A stretch of 64,000 nucleotides of DNA from an uncultured Christensenella sp. (GTDB lineage: Bacteria > Bacillota > Clostridia > Christensenellales > UBA1242). The translations under genes were made by a program, and so were the position numbers. The stretch spans positions 12,914-76,913 of the forward strand of contig CAYSUK010000005.1 of the NCBI GenBank assembly GCA_964434265.1, given 5' to 3'. Under the pieces are notes generated by a model. It saw only the letters and a program-made list of their open reading frames with translations, was not told the origin of the DNA and did no database searches. Below, piece by piece: positions 38,150 to 47,128 of this stretch (positions are counted from its first letter, which is position 1; each line of letters begins with the position of its first letter).

Positions 38150-39667
38150 TTAGAAAAATGGTGAGACAAATCGTAAAATTGCTGAGCAGAATTTTTCAGT
38201 GAGTTTACGTTTTTTCATGTCTTTTAAAGTGATAAGGTGACTACTGCCAAGTACTTGTGTAGCATCTTTTTTGATGTCGTTTAGTGTAGGGCTATCATAA
38301 AGCATAACACCATTTTCAAAGTGTAGATATAGACTTCTAAAATCCATATTGACTGTACCTATCGATGCAATGTGGTCGTCTATCATGACAGTTTTTGCAT
38401 GTACAAACCCGTCAAATTCGTATATCTTTATGCCCGATTTTATAAGGTCGGTAAATCGTCCACGTGCAAGATAGAATGCACTTTTCTTATCTGGGTTTTT
38501 AGGGAAAACAATGTTTACTTCGACACCGCTTTTTGTTGCAAGTTTGAGTGCGGTAACCATTTCTTCGTCAAGTATAAGATATGGTGTTGTGATATAGATA
38601 CTTTTTTGTGCTGAGTTTATGAGATTTAGATAGATGTTTCGAGCGACTGGCTCATATGTAAGGGGAGATGTTCCGTATGGTTGGATACACTCTTTGCCTT
38701 TGATTTTTTCTTCGCTCTTGTATTTTTCATATTCGAGTCTAGCGCTAGTCGAGAAGTGCCAACTGTTTATAAACATAACGACCATGCTCCATACAGCATC
38801 ACCAGAAATCTTTATTCCACAATCTTTCCATGTGCCGTATTTGTCTACGATATTTGCATATTCGTCGGCTATGTTTATTCCGCCAGTAAGTGCATGTATT
38901 CCGTCGACTACTAGTATTTTGCGGTGGTCGCGAAAATTGATAAATGAATTGTATCTGCCAGTTACCTTGTTAAATGGCAAAGCTTCGATATTGTAGTTTG
39001 CAAGTTTTTTGAAAGTATTTTTGTCACTAAATTTATCAAGACAACCCATGTCGTCATAGAGTATTTTTATCTCTACACCTTCACGTGCTTTTTCTTTAAG
39101 TAAATTAAACAATTCGTCCCAAATTTGACCTTCTTTAAAGATAAAGTATTCCATGAAAATATATTTTTTGGCTTTCTTTATCATGTCAAACATTTCTTTA
39201 AAGTATGTCTCGCCATCATGAAGATATTTTGTGGTACAATTTTCATATATTGGCATGTTTATTGTGTTTGCGATATATTGCGATTGCTTAAATGCAGTCA
39301 TGTCCGATTTTTTCAAATTGCTAAATTGCTCAGTGTTTGATGGCAAATAACTGCTAGATAGAAAAGCCATGTTTTGCCAGTCTTTACGTTTTTTGCGAGT
39401 ACCGTGCGAGCAGTTTGCTCTGAGATATAACACACAGCCAAACACCGGTGCTATAAATATAAACAGTCCCCACATGAGTTTGTATAGTGGCTGTGACTTG
39501 CTCTTTATTAGAAATATACTAGCAAACAACAATACGATAAATGCTGCTATCCCATAAAAAACAGAGTTTAAAAAATACGATATAAGCACGAAAATTGCTA
39601 TATTTATAACAAGTGAAAATATTAAGATAAATCGCGATGACGCGAAAAAGTTTAGAATTTTTTTCAT
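38150..39667 (-). CDS. cls: cardiolipin synthase (two PLD HKD motifs)
   Basis: Two N-terminal TM segments, then HRKILVVDG...GGINIADEY and HAKTVMIDD...GTVNMDFRS. The start is set at ATG 39667. Confidence 0.92.
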   Translation of the reverse strand: MKKILNFFASSRFILIFSLVINIAIFVLISYFLNSVFYGIAAFIVLLFASIFLIKSKSQPLYKLMWGLFIFIAPVFGCVLYLRANCSHGTRKKRKDWQNMAFLSSSYLPSNTEQFSNLKKSDMTAFKQSQYIANTINMPIYENCTTKYLHDGETYFKEMFDMIKKAKKYIFMEYFIFKEGQIWDELFNLLKEKAREGVEIKILYDDMGCLDKFSDKNTFKKLANYNIEALPFNKVTGRYNSFINFRDHRKILVVDGIHALTGGINIADEYANIVDKYGTWKDCGIKISGDAVWSMVVMFINSWHFSTSARLEYEKYKSEEKIKGKECIQPYGTSPLTYEPVARNIYLNLINSAQKSIYITTPYLILDEEMVTALKLATKSGVEVNIVFPKNPDKKSAFYLARGRFTDLIKSGIKIYEFDGFVHAKTVMIDDHIASIGTVNMDFRSLYLHFENGVMLYDSPTLNDIKKDATQVLGSSHLITLKDMKKRKLTEKFCSAILRFVSPFF

Positions 39668-39756
39668 ACTCAAATTTCTCTATATATAGTATAACACATC
39701 TTTTTTATTCAATCAAAGATTTAGAGACAAATCCATCGTACTTGCGACAATATTTT

Positions 39757-40905
39757 TTAGTTTTTTTGCGATTGCTCAACATTTTCGTTTATGGTCATTT
39801 CAATTTGTTTGAAATTTTGTGCTTTCTCTAATTCTTTTTGAGCACGATTAAGTTCGCGTCTAACATCAGCTGTCGATTTGTAGAATGCACCACCGTCGTG
39901 GGATTGGAAGTATACGCCAACAATTCGACGACTGCTGGTGTTTAGAAGTGTGTAAGCTGCACGAATACGCGCACCGCCCACAACGTGTTGTACAACCTTA
40001 GAATTTGACTCTATAAATACATTATATGCTCTAATGCGACCTTGGTTGTCAATAATAGTAATTCCGTCGTAGTTTAACATGGTCATAAATACATCGGCAA
40101 AGGCACGGAGTTTGCTTTCGTTAAAACTTTTTGTCTGTAAAAATAGTTTTCCAAACTCTATTGGCTCGGGCAACCATGTCCCGTCACTGAATATCCCTTT
40201 GGTGTCTTTAAAGTCTTTGTCCACAACAAGACAAATTGTTCCGCTTAGTGATTTAAAGCAGTTGTTGAAGATATTTTCAAGTATGTTTTTAATACTTTCA
40301 AGTTTGCGTGGAGTGGTCTTTAGTTTTGATACACTATCATTAACAAAACGTTTGATTGTGTCGTCCCACTTGGACTCCTTTTTGTCTTCGACAGAAAAAT
40401 TTATATCAAGGTGAGTACCTCTGACACCTTTGATACTTACTACTCCGTTTGATAAAACATTTAGATACACAAGTTTTGATTTTTGCTTTAATGATTCTAC
40501 TGTGTGTTCGTCAAATATTTGTGCTTCGAGCGAGCGGTCTTTAAGCGAATTGATACATTTTACAAGTCCGTATTCTACGTTTTCGCTTCCATAATTTATA
40601 TACACAGTCCAACCGCTTTTGCAAAAACACATTAGCGCTTTTAGACGTTGGTTGAAGTTTACACTTTGTTCGTCGATATAAAATGGGATTTTGACACTAT
40701 CAGGCACGTTTTTGACAATAGCACCTATGTTGTTGGTCATAAGAAGCATTGGCCTTATCTTTTCGCCTTCTTCTTCCCAACGCACAAGTCGGTAAAAAAT
40801 ATTTAAAAGCCTGTCGACATCGCCAGACGATAAGGTCTTAAATTCGTTTGCGAATAGTTCGCGAATAGATTTTGTTGCGTCATCGAAAAAAATGTTTGTT
40901 TCCAT
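39757..40905 (-). CDS. diadenylate-cyclase-fold (DisA_N/DAC-like) protein with degenerate catalytic motifs and a ~220-aa N-terminal region
   Basis: The C-terminal half GTICLVVDKD...LNYDGITIIDNQGRIRAYNVFIE...VGGARIRAAYTLL...IVGVYFQSHDGGAFY follows the DAC order (GALIV..., HDGAVII..G.I.AA, GTRHRAA, VVSEETG). DGI replaces DGA, and RIR replaces RHR. Confidence 0.6.
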   Translation of the reverse strand: METNIFFDDATKSIRELFANEFKTLSSGDVDRLLNIFYRLVRWEEEGEKIRPMLLMTNNIGAIVKNVPDSVKIPFYIDEQSVNFNQRLKALMCFCKSGWTVYINYGSENVEYGLVKCINSLKDRSLEAQIFDEHTVESLKQKSKLVYLNVLSNGVVSIKGVRGTHLDINFSVEDKKESKWDDTIKRFVNDSVSKLKTTPRKLESIKNILENIFNNCFKSLSGTICLVVDKDFKDTKGIFSDGTWLPEPIEFGKLFLQTKSFNESKLRAFADVFMTMLNYDGITIIDNQGRIRAYNVFIESNSKVVQHVVGGARIRAAYTLLNTSSRRIVGVYFQSHDGGAFYKSTADVRRELNRAQKELEKAQNFKQIEMTINENVEQSQKN

Positions 40906-41036
40906 ACCTTCGTCCCTCGTATTTTAATTATAACATAATAACTATTTTTTTTACAATAACAAAATCACAATTTTTCGACATTTTTTAGACTAGTTTTTCA
41001 AAAATAAATTTTATAATGGAAAAATATAAAGATAAG

Positions 41037-41102
41037 GTGTAAAGTGATTGAAAAAAAGTGGAAAAATGTATTATAATAATCAAAATATTAGGAGACAATA
41101 TG
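41037..41102 (+). repeat. copy A of a duplicated ~66-bp promoter/5'-leader (TTGAAA ... TATAAT ... AGGAGA ... ATG)
   Basis: GTGTAAAGTGATTGAAAAAAAGTGGAAAAATGTATTATAATAATCAAAATATTAGGAGACAATATG. It differs from copy B at about 6 positions. Confidence 0.85.
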
Positions 41103-41729
41103 AATATTGAAAGATTGAATGAACAATTTAAAAACGACTTTCTTGCAAATAAAAATTATCATTCGCTTGAAAAGTATGTTATGTCTGAATTATTGACACC
41201 GATTTCGGATTACTATAATGCGGTTGAAATAGTTTGCAAAAACCTTAATTTAATTAAAGGATTAGATCTTTTGTTTGTGGCCACATATCTAAATTCAGAA
41301 TATTCTATGGGTTATGATAATTTGTTGGAAATACTTAATTCTAAAATAAATGAGACAGATGATTTAAATAAAGCTATTATTTATTATCTAAATGCTCATA
41401 ATATTATTTGCAATAACAAAAAATGGAAAAACGACAAGGAGTGCTTGTTAAATTTAAAAAAGTCGGTTGATTTATCAAAAGGTTTTAATTTTGCGAACAA
41501 TAGGTTTTATTTGGCACAATGTGTGGACACGCAAACCGCGAAAATATTTACTAAAGAGTACATAAGTAATGTGACTGAAAGGCATACAGAAACTTCGTTA
41601 AAAAACTTACCTGAAGAGTACTGGTTTTCATCGCTTAGTTTTGTGGAAGAATTTATCTTGGGTACATCAATATCAGAAATTGTTTACAAAAATAAAATAG
41701 AAAATTTGACCAAACAGGGTTTGATTTAA
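41100..41729 (+). CDS. hypothetical helical protein (210 aa)
   Basis: The start is set at ATG 41100 (MNIERLNEQF), after an AGGAGA ribosome-binding site. The track's GTG at 41058 lies inside the promoter. No motif recognised. Confidence 0.6.
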   Translation: MNIERLNEQFKNDFLANKNYHSLEKYVMSELLTPISDYYNAVEIVCKNLNLIKGLDLLFVATYLNSEYSMGYDNLLEILNSKINETDDLNKAIIYYLNAHNIICNNKKWKNDKECLLNLKKSVDLSKGFNFANNRFYLAQCVDTQTAKIFTKEYISNVTERHTETSLKNLPEEYWFSSLSFVEEFILGTSISEIVYKNKIENLTKQGLI

Positions 41730-41835
41730 AAGGTAATGAAATGAAAAAGCAAATAAAACAACTGTTATATGAAAATATTAAAATAAAATGTACATTATAG
41801 TGTGCATTTTATTTTTCATATAAAAAATTAAACAT

Positions 41836-41901
41836 GTGTAAAGTGATTGAAAAAAGTGAAAAAATGTATTATAATATTCAAAATGTTAGGAGATAAATAT
41901 G
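41836..41901 (+). repeat. copy B of the duplicated promoter/5'-leader, driving serS
   Basis: GTGTAAAGTGATTGAAAAAAGTGAAAAAATGTATTATAATATTCAAAATGTTAGGAGATAAATATG. Confidence 0.85.
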
Positions 41902-43194
41902 ATAGACATAAATTTGATAAGAACAAATCCCGAGCTTGTAAAGGAAAATATTAGAAAGAAATTTCAAGACCAAAAAGTTGGCCTTGTAGATAAGGTACTC
42001 GAACTTGACACCAAAAACCGCAATCTCAAACAAGAAGGCGACGGACTACGTGCTAGCAGGAACAAACTTTCTAGCGAGATAGGTGCCCTTATGCGTGAGA
42101 AAAAAGTCGACGAAGCAAACAAGATAAAAGCACAAGTAGTCAAAAACAACGAACGCATTGCTGAGATAGAAAAAGAAGAAGAAGCATGTGTTGCTGAAAT
42201 CAAAAGCATCATGATGACTATTCCAAACATTATTGATAGTAGTGTTCCTATCGGTAGAGATGATAGCGAGAATGTCGAAGTACAAAAATTTGGCGAGCCA
42301 AAAGTGCCAAGTTATGAAATCCCATATCATGCCGATATCTTAAATGCACTTAGTGGACTAGATAAAGATAGTGCAGGACGTACTAGCGGAAATGGTTTTT
42401 ACTATCTTATGGGCGACCCTGCTAGGCTTGTTACTGCGATGATAAACTATGCACGTGACTACATGATTTCAAAAGGTTTTATATATTGCATTCCGCCTTT
42501 CATGATCAGAAGTGATGTTGTGAATGGAGTTATGAGTTTTGCTGAGATGGACGCTATGATGTACAAAATCGAAGGCGAAGACTTGTTCCTTATTGGCACA
42601 AGCGAACACTCTATGATAGGTCGTTTTAAAGATCAAATTATAAAAGAAGACACTCTTCCTATCACTATGACATCATATAGCCCATGTTTTAGAAAAGAAG
42701 TGGGCGCACACGGAATTGAAGAACGTGGCATTTATCGTGTTCACCAATTTGAAAAACAAGAGATGATTGTGCTTTGCCGACCAGAAGAAAGTATGGATTG
42801 GTATAACAAAATGTGGAAATACACTGTTGAGATATTTAATAATCTTGATATTCCTGTACGCCAACTTGAATGTTGTAGTGGGGATCTTGCCGACCTTAAA
42901 GTTAAGTCGTGTGATATCGAAGCATGGAGCCCAAGACAAAAGAAGTATTTTGAAGTAGGTTCGTGTTCGACACTAGGCGATGCACAAGCACGAAGACTTA
43001 ATATCCGTGCAAAAGGCAAGGACCAAAACTATTTTGTTCATACGTTAAACAACACTGTACTTGCATCGACCCGTGCACTTATTGCACTTTTAGAAAACAA
43101 TTACAATGAAGACGGCACAATAAATGTTCCAGAAGCGCTTAGACCATACATGGGTGGACAAAAAATAATAGGAACCCCACGTAATAATAAATAA
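41899..43194 (+). CDS. serS: seryl-tRNA synthetase
   Basis: N-terminal coiled coil MIDINLIRTNPELV, class II motifs (FRKEVGAHG..RGIYRVHQFEK, GSCSTLGDAQARR), and C-terminal VPEALRPYMGG. Confidence 0.94.
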   Translation: MIDINLIRTNPELVKENIRKKFQDQKVGLVDKVLELDTKNRNLKQEGDGLRASRNKLSSEIGALMREKKVDEANKIKAQVVKNNERIAEIEKEEEACVAEIKSIMMTIPNIIDSSVPIGRDDSENVEVQKFGEPKVPSYEIPYHADILNALSGLDKDSAGRTSGNGFYYLMGDPARLVTAMINYARDYMISKGFIYCIPPFMIRSDVVNGVMSFAEMDAMMYKIEGEDLFLIGTSEHSMIGRFKDQIIKEDTLPITMTSYSPCFRKEVGAHGIEERGIYRVHQFEKQEMIVLCRPEESMDWYNKMWKYTVEIFNNLDIPVRQLECCSGDLADLKVKSCDIEAWSPRQKKYFEVGSCSTLGDAQARRLNIRAKGKDQNYFVHTLNNTVLASTRALIALLENNYNEDGTINVPEALRPYMGGQKIIGTPRNNK

Positions 43195-43212
43195 TATAAA
43201 TCATATAATAAT

Positions 43213-43238
43213 AAAAACTACTTTTAAAGTAGTTTTTT
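43213..43238 (+). terminator. intrinsic terminator after serS
   Basis: AAAAACTACTTT / AAAGTAGTTTTT plus a T-run. Confidence 0.7.
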
Positions 43239-43313
43239 ATTTTTTTATTCTTAATCATTTTACGTGGATAAATTTTTGTAGTAAAATAAATAAAAATAAA
43301 GGAGATAAAAACT

Positions 43314-43898
43314 ATGAATTATTTGTTGGGACTTAGCGGCTGGGGAATTGCAGGTATAGTTATAGGCGGTGTAGTACTACTAGCTGTTCTATGGATTTGG
43401 TCGACCTATAATAACCTTATCAGAAAAAGAAATCAAGTCGAAGAAGGTTTTTCGACAATGGACGTATATCTTAAAAAGAGATACGACCTTATTCCAAACC
43501 TTGTTGAGACAGTAAAAGGTTATGCAAAACACGAAAAAGACACTTTGGCAGAAGTAATCAAACTTCGCAATAGTGCCGTAAGTGCTACTTCTATCGATGA
43601 AAAGGTAAAAGCCGAAAACAATTTTGCAAATGGCCTTCGCCAAATTTTTGCACTTGCCGAAAATTATCCAAACCTAAAAGCAGATGCAAACTTTGCAGAT
43701 CTACAAAACCAATTAAAGGCAGTAGAAGTTGATATCGCAAACGCAAGAAAATACTACAATGCTGTTGTTAAAGATTTTAATAATAGTATTCAAGTTTTCC
43801 CAAATAGCATAATTGCAAAAAATCACAAATTTACCAAATATGAGATGTTTGCAGTAGCAGATAACACTGAAAGAGAAAATGTCAAAGTTAAGTTTTAA
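43314..43898 (+). CDS. lemA: LemA family protein
   Basis: An N-terminal TM segment followed by YNNLIRKRNQVEEGFSTMDVYLKKRYDLIPNLVETVKGYAKHE and ENYPNLKAD, which are typical LemA blocks. Confidence 0.9.
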   Translation: MNYLLGLSGWGIAGIVIGGVVLLAVLWIWSTYNNLIRKRNQVEEGFSTMDVYLKKRYDLIPNLVETVKGYAKHEKDTLAEVIKLRNSAVSATSIDEKVKAENNFANGLRQIFALAENYPNLKADANFADLQNQLKAVEVDIANARKYYNAVVKDFNNSIQVFPNSIIAKNHKFTKYEMFAVADNTERENVKVKF

Positions 43899-45837
43899 GA
43901 CTAAAAGTCTACTAATCTTAATAGTTGCACTAATACTAGGGGCAATGATTTGTCCTAGTATTTTTGTGTCTCATGGTAGTGCTTATGCTGACGGAGTTGA
44001 GTACAACAACTATTATTTTTCCGATTATCATATCGATTTAGAGTATGATTATGAAAACAATGTTAAAGTGACCGAACGCATGACTGTTGTGTATGGCAAG
44101 CCTGTAGACGGAACACATAAAGGAATTGTGCGAGCAATCCCTAGCACTACATATATATCTCGTGGGGCGGTCAGTGACGACTACAAACGTAAACTTGGAG
44201 TAAAAATCACAAATGTTGCGTCAAATAAACTCTATGATTTTTATGAAGAAGATGGTGTGTATTGTATCGAACTCGGTGGCGATAAAGATATAAATGAGCA
44301 CGGAAGTGTCGCAGAAGACTATGTGATTACATATACTGTCAAAATCGGCGACGACTTTACTCGCGACTTTGACTATGTATACTATAATGTTTTTGGCACT
44401 GACTATCCTGTAGCTATTAAGAATGCTACGTTTAGTATAACAATGCCAGAAGATATCCCAAATGACATGGTGTATTATGTGGGGAAAAAGGGTAGTGGTG
44501 ATGCTATCACCCTTGCAAAACAAAGTTTGTCAAATGGCAAGGTTAAATTTGAAATTGCTACCCCTATTGACCTAGAAGCATATGAAGGTGTGTCGGTAAA
44601 GACAATCTTAAATGAAGGATATTTTAAAGGATTGTCAGAAGTCATAACAAAATTGAGTGGAGTAAACACAATCATTATTGTGGTTTCGGTAGTCGCCGTA
44701 TTTGTTCTTATAATAGTGTATGTTATGTTTGGACAAAAACGCAAAAAGTGTGTCGAGACTGTTGAGTTTTATCCACCAGATGGACTAAACCCAGCTGAGT
44801 GCTGTTATCTATACAACGGTCAGTCAAATAAGATGTCGTCGATGTTTGTTTATTGGGCAAGTAAAGGCTATTTAAAAATAGAACTTGATGACGACAAAAA
44901 ACCAAAGGGAGTGAGAAAACTCCAAAACATACCCGAGCATCTTAGTGAAAGTGAAAAACTCGCATTTAACAAACTATTTGAAAATACCGATTATGTCGAT
45001 ATTACAAAACAAAATGATGAGATTGCAAAAACTTTTTCTGCATCTGAACTAATGATAAAAACTAGCATAGGTAAAAGAAATTCGGAACGAAGTACCAATT
45101 TTAAATGGTGGACAATACTTTTAAGCATAGCAATTTTGGTGATTGCTGCCGTTGTCGAATGTATATTTAACAATATAGAAACGTTGTACATTATGGAAAT
45201 GTGGTTCTTAGCATTTGGAATTGGCTTGATAGTTGTTGGTCTTGGTGAAATGGTTTTAAATTATCTTGCCGGCACAAAACTATTGGGTTTTTCATTGGAT
45301 ATGAAAATATCAAAACAAACAAAATTGACTGTTTTGATATTCTATGTCTTGGGTGTAGGGGCTGTTGTTGTTGTAAATATTGTTTTGAGCCATATGATGG
45401 CTTTGAGTATTTGGACACGACTTTTGGCATCTGTACCGCTCATTGTATCGCTGATATGTAGGCCTTTAGCAACCGAGTACAACGATAAGTGGCGTGATAC
45501 CATAGGACGAATTAAAGGATTTAGAAATAATTTGCTTTTGGTCGAAGCCGACAAACTTCAAAAACTTGTCGATGATGACCCTGAATATTTCTACAATATT
45601 TTGCCATATGCTTATGCTTTTGGTATCACTGAAAAGTTTATTGAAAAATTTGAACACTTGACCATTCCGTATAATGACAACTTTGGCACAATGATCGATA
45701 TCGCATATTTTAGCATGCTTCGAAACACTCTTTCAACATTCTCGCATGTTCCATCATCATATAGCGGTGGTGGCATCGGCGGTGGTGTAAGTGGTTCTGG
45801 TGGCGGTATCGGTGGCGGTGGCTCATTTGGCCGATAA
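43879..45837 (+). CDS. DUF2207-type membrane protein with Gly-rich C-terminus
   Basis: Signal/TM segment, an extracytoplasmic beta domain, several TM segments and the tail GGGIGGGVSGSGGGIGGGGSFGR. It overlaps the lemA 3' end by 20 nt, and the LemA-DUF2207 pairing is common. Confidence 0.75.
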   Translation: MSKLSFKTKSLLILIVALILGAMICPSIFVSHGSAYADGVEYNNYYFSDYHIDLEYDYENNVKVTERMTVVYGKPVDGTHKGIVRAIPSTTYISRGAVSDDYKRKLGVKITNVASNKLYDFYEEDGVYCIELGGDKDINEHGSVAEDYVITYTVKIGDDFTRDFDYVYYNVFGTDYPVAIKNATFSITMPEDIPNDMVYYVGKKGSGDAITLAKQSLSNGKVKFEIATPIDLEAYEGVSVKTILNEGYFKGLSEVITKLSGVNTIIIVVSVVAVFVLIIVYVMFGQKRKKCVETVEFYPPDGLNPAECCYLYNGQSNKMSSMFVYWASKGYLKIELDDDKKPKGVRKLQNIPEHLSESEKLAFNKLFENTDYVDITKQNDEIAKTFSASELMIKTSIGKRNSERSTNFKWWTILLSIAILVIAAVVECIFNNIETLYIMEMWFLAFGIGLIVVGLGEMVLNYLAGTKLLGFSLDMKISKQTKLTVLIFYVLGVGAVVVVNIVLSHMMALSIWTRLLASVPLIVSLICRPLATEYNDKWRDTIGRIKGFRNNLLLVEADKLQKLVDDDPEYFYNILPYAYAFGITEKFIEKFEHLTIPYNDNFGTMIDIAYFSMLRNTLSTFSHVPSSYSGGGIGGGVSGSGGGIGGGGSFGR

Positions 45838-45849
45838 TTAATATAAACA

Positions 45850-45879
45850 AAAATACACTCCATCTGGAGTGTATTTTTT
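45850..45879. terminator. bidirectional terminator (DUF2207 gene / collagen-like gene)
   Basis: AAAATACACTCCA / TGGAGTGTATTTT. Confidence 0.75.
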
Positions 45880-46981
45880 ATACGGCGATAATTATTATAC
45901 TTAGTGTCGCACTTGGAGTCGAATTGGCTGATAAAGTACGTGCTTCGTTTACTACCGATTTTAAAGATATGATATCGTTTTTATTTAGCCTTTTAGTAAA
46001 CATCGCAGTCGATTGTGATGTCTGAGAAATTGGACGTTTTGAAGACTCGACAATTTGGTCGTTTATTGCTACTCCAACATATTCGTTTGCTTTCGCATTG
46101 TCAGTTGTGTTTATCGAATATGATATCATATATGTGCCGGTAAGCGGTGCGATAAGGCCGTTGTTTTGGGTAGTTACTCCCCTTAATTCTTCGCTTGAAG
46201 CAAGAACTAATGTGCCATTATTGGTGAGAGTTTGGGTGGCGGAATTGTATATAGTTCCGCTGTAATCGGGAGTAAGTCCTGATGGCCCAAATCCGCCCGT
46301 TTCGCCTTTTTCTCCACGTTCGCCTTGCGCACCAGTAGCGCCCCTTGGTAGCCTAAAAAGTAGGTGGTGGATTACACCTTCGACATCTTCGTGGACTTCT
46401 GCTTCTTCGTCGGGTTCGAGTGTTTCTGTTCCGTCAATAACAATTACGGGACTTATGCCAATCTCACCTGGAAAACCACGTTCGCCTTGTTCGCCTTTTT
46501 CACCTTGCTCACCCTTTTCTCCACGTTCGCCTTGCTCACCTTTGTCACCTTTTTCACCGCGTTCACCTTGTTCGCCTTGTGTACCCGTAACTCCGCGTGG
46601 TATACGGAAGTCAAAATAGTGGACTGATTCGTTTTTTCTGTCTATGACTTCGGCGGGTAGGTCGGGGTCGATAGATTCGACATTGCCAGCACTGATTACT
46701 TCCGCGACACCATCAAAACCGCGCGGGATATAAAAATCTAAATAGTTTGTATTGTCCACTTTTGTAAGTAAGACTTGAGCATTGTCGCTAGGGTCAATTG
46801 TCTTTGTGCTACGGACTTCTATTAATTCTGCAGCGGGACCCGTTGCGCCTGTGGGCCCGGTTGGTCCAGTTGGGCCTGTGGCTCCAGTAACACCCCTAAG
46901 TCCCATTGGACCATGCACAATTTTCTCAACACATATAATACTTTCTTCGCATTTGTTTTGACATTTACACTTGTTTTTCAT
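45878..46981 (-). CDS. collagen-like triple-helix repeat protein with interspersed beta modules and a C-terminal globular (BclA/C1q-like?) domain
   Basis: Three G-X-Y blocks: aa 24-49 (nt 46835-46912), aa 130-175 (nt 46457-46594) and aa 214-235 (nt 46277-46342). Each of the last two is preceded by a ~45-aa module ending in F.IPRG ([29 protein letters not shown]). The N-terminus is Cys-rich ([14 protein letters not shown]). Confidence 0.85.
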   Translation of the reverse strand: MKNKCKCQNKCEESIICVEKIVHGPMGLRGVTGATGPTGPTGPTGATGPAAELIEVRSTKTIDPSDNAQVLLTKVDNTNYLDFYIPRGFDGVAEVISAGNVESIDPDLPAEVIDRKNESVHYFDFRIPRGVTGTQGEQGERGEKGDKGEQGERGEKGEQGEKGEQGERGFPGEIGISPVIVIDGTETLEPDEEAEVHEDVEGVIHHLLFRLPRGATGAQGERGEKGETGGFGPSGLTPDYSGTIYNSATQTLTNNGTLVLASSEELRGVTTQNNGLIAPLTGTYMISYSINTTDNAKANEYVGVAINDQIVESSKRPISQTSQSTAMFTKRLNKNDIISLKSVVNEARTLSANSTPSATLSIIIIAV

Positions 46982-47128
46982 AACAACTCCTATATTATAG
47001 CCTTTACTACTATCATATAAAATCTTTTTTAAAAGTGTGATTGATTTGAGTTTCTAAACGATAATTTTATTTAAATGTTTAGACATTTAAGGTAAATATG
47101 ATATACTATACAAAATTGGAGATTTAAT

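Noticed and set aside
41741-41800. A 19-codon ORF (MKKQIKQLLYENIKIKCTL) after the orphan gene.
   Set aside because: It has a weak AAAGG upstream but is very short, runs into the terminator hairpin, and cannot be supported without conservation or ribosome-profiling data.
41730-41898. I looked for a T-box leader or other riboswitch upstream of serS.
   Set aside because: The region is occupied by a terminator of the upstream gene and a promoter only ~25 nt from the ATG. There is no room for a ~200-nt T-box, and no T-box consensus was seen.
45878-46981. The collagen-like gene could be a marker of a prophage or tail-fibre locus.
   Set aside because: There are no neighbouring phage structural, integrase or lysis genes. 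Its flanks are LemA/DUF2207 and a tdk fusion, with clean terminators.
47071-47090. The inverted repeat TTAAATGT-n4-ACATTTAA upstream of the tdk-rdgB fusion could be an operator.
   Set aside because: It is only 8-bp arms of A/T-rich sequence in AT-rich DNA, so the chance expectation is high. There is no second copy and no nearby regulator.
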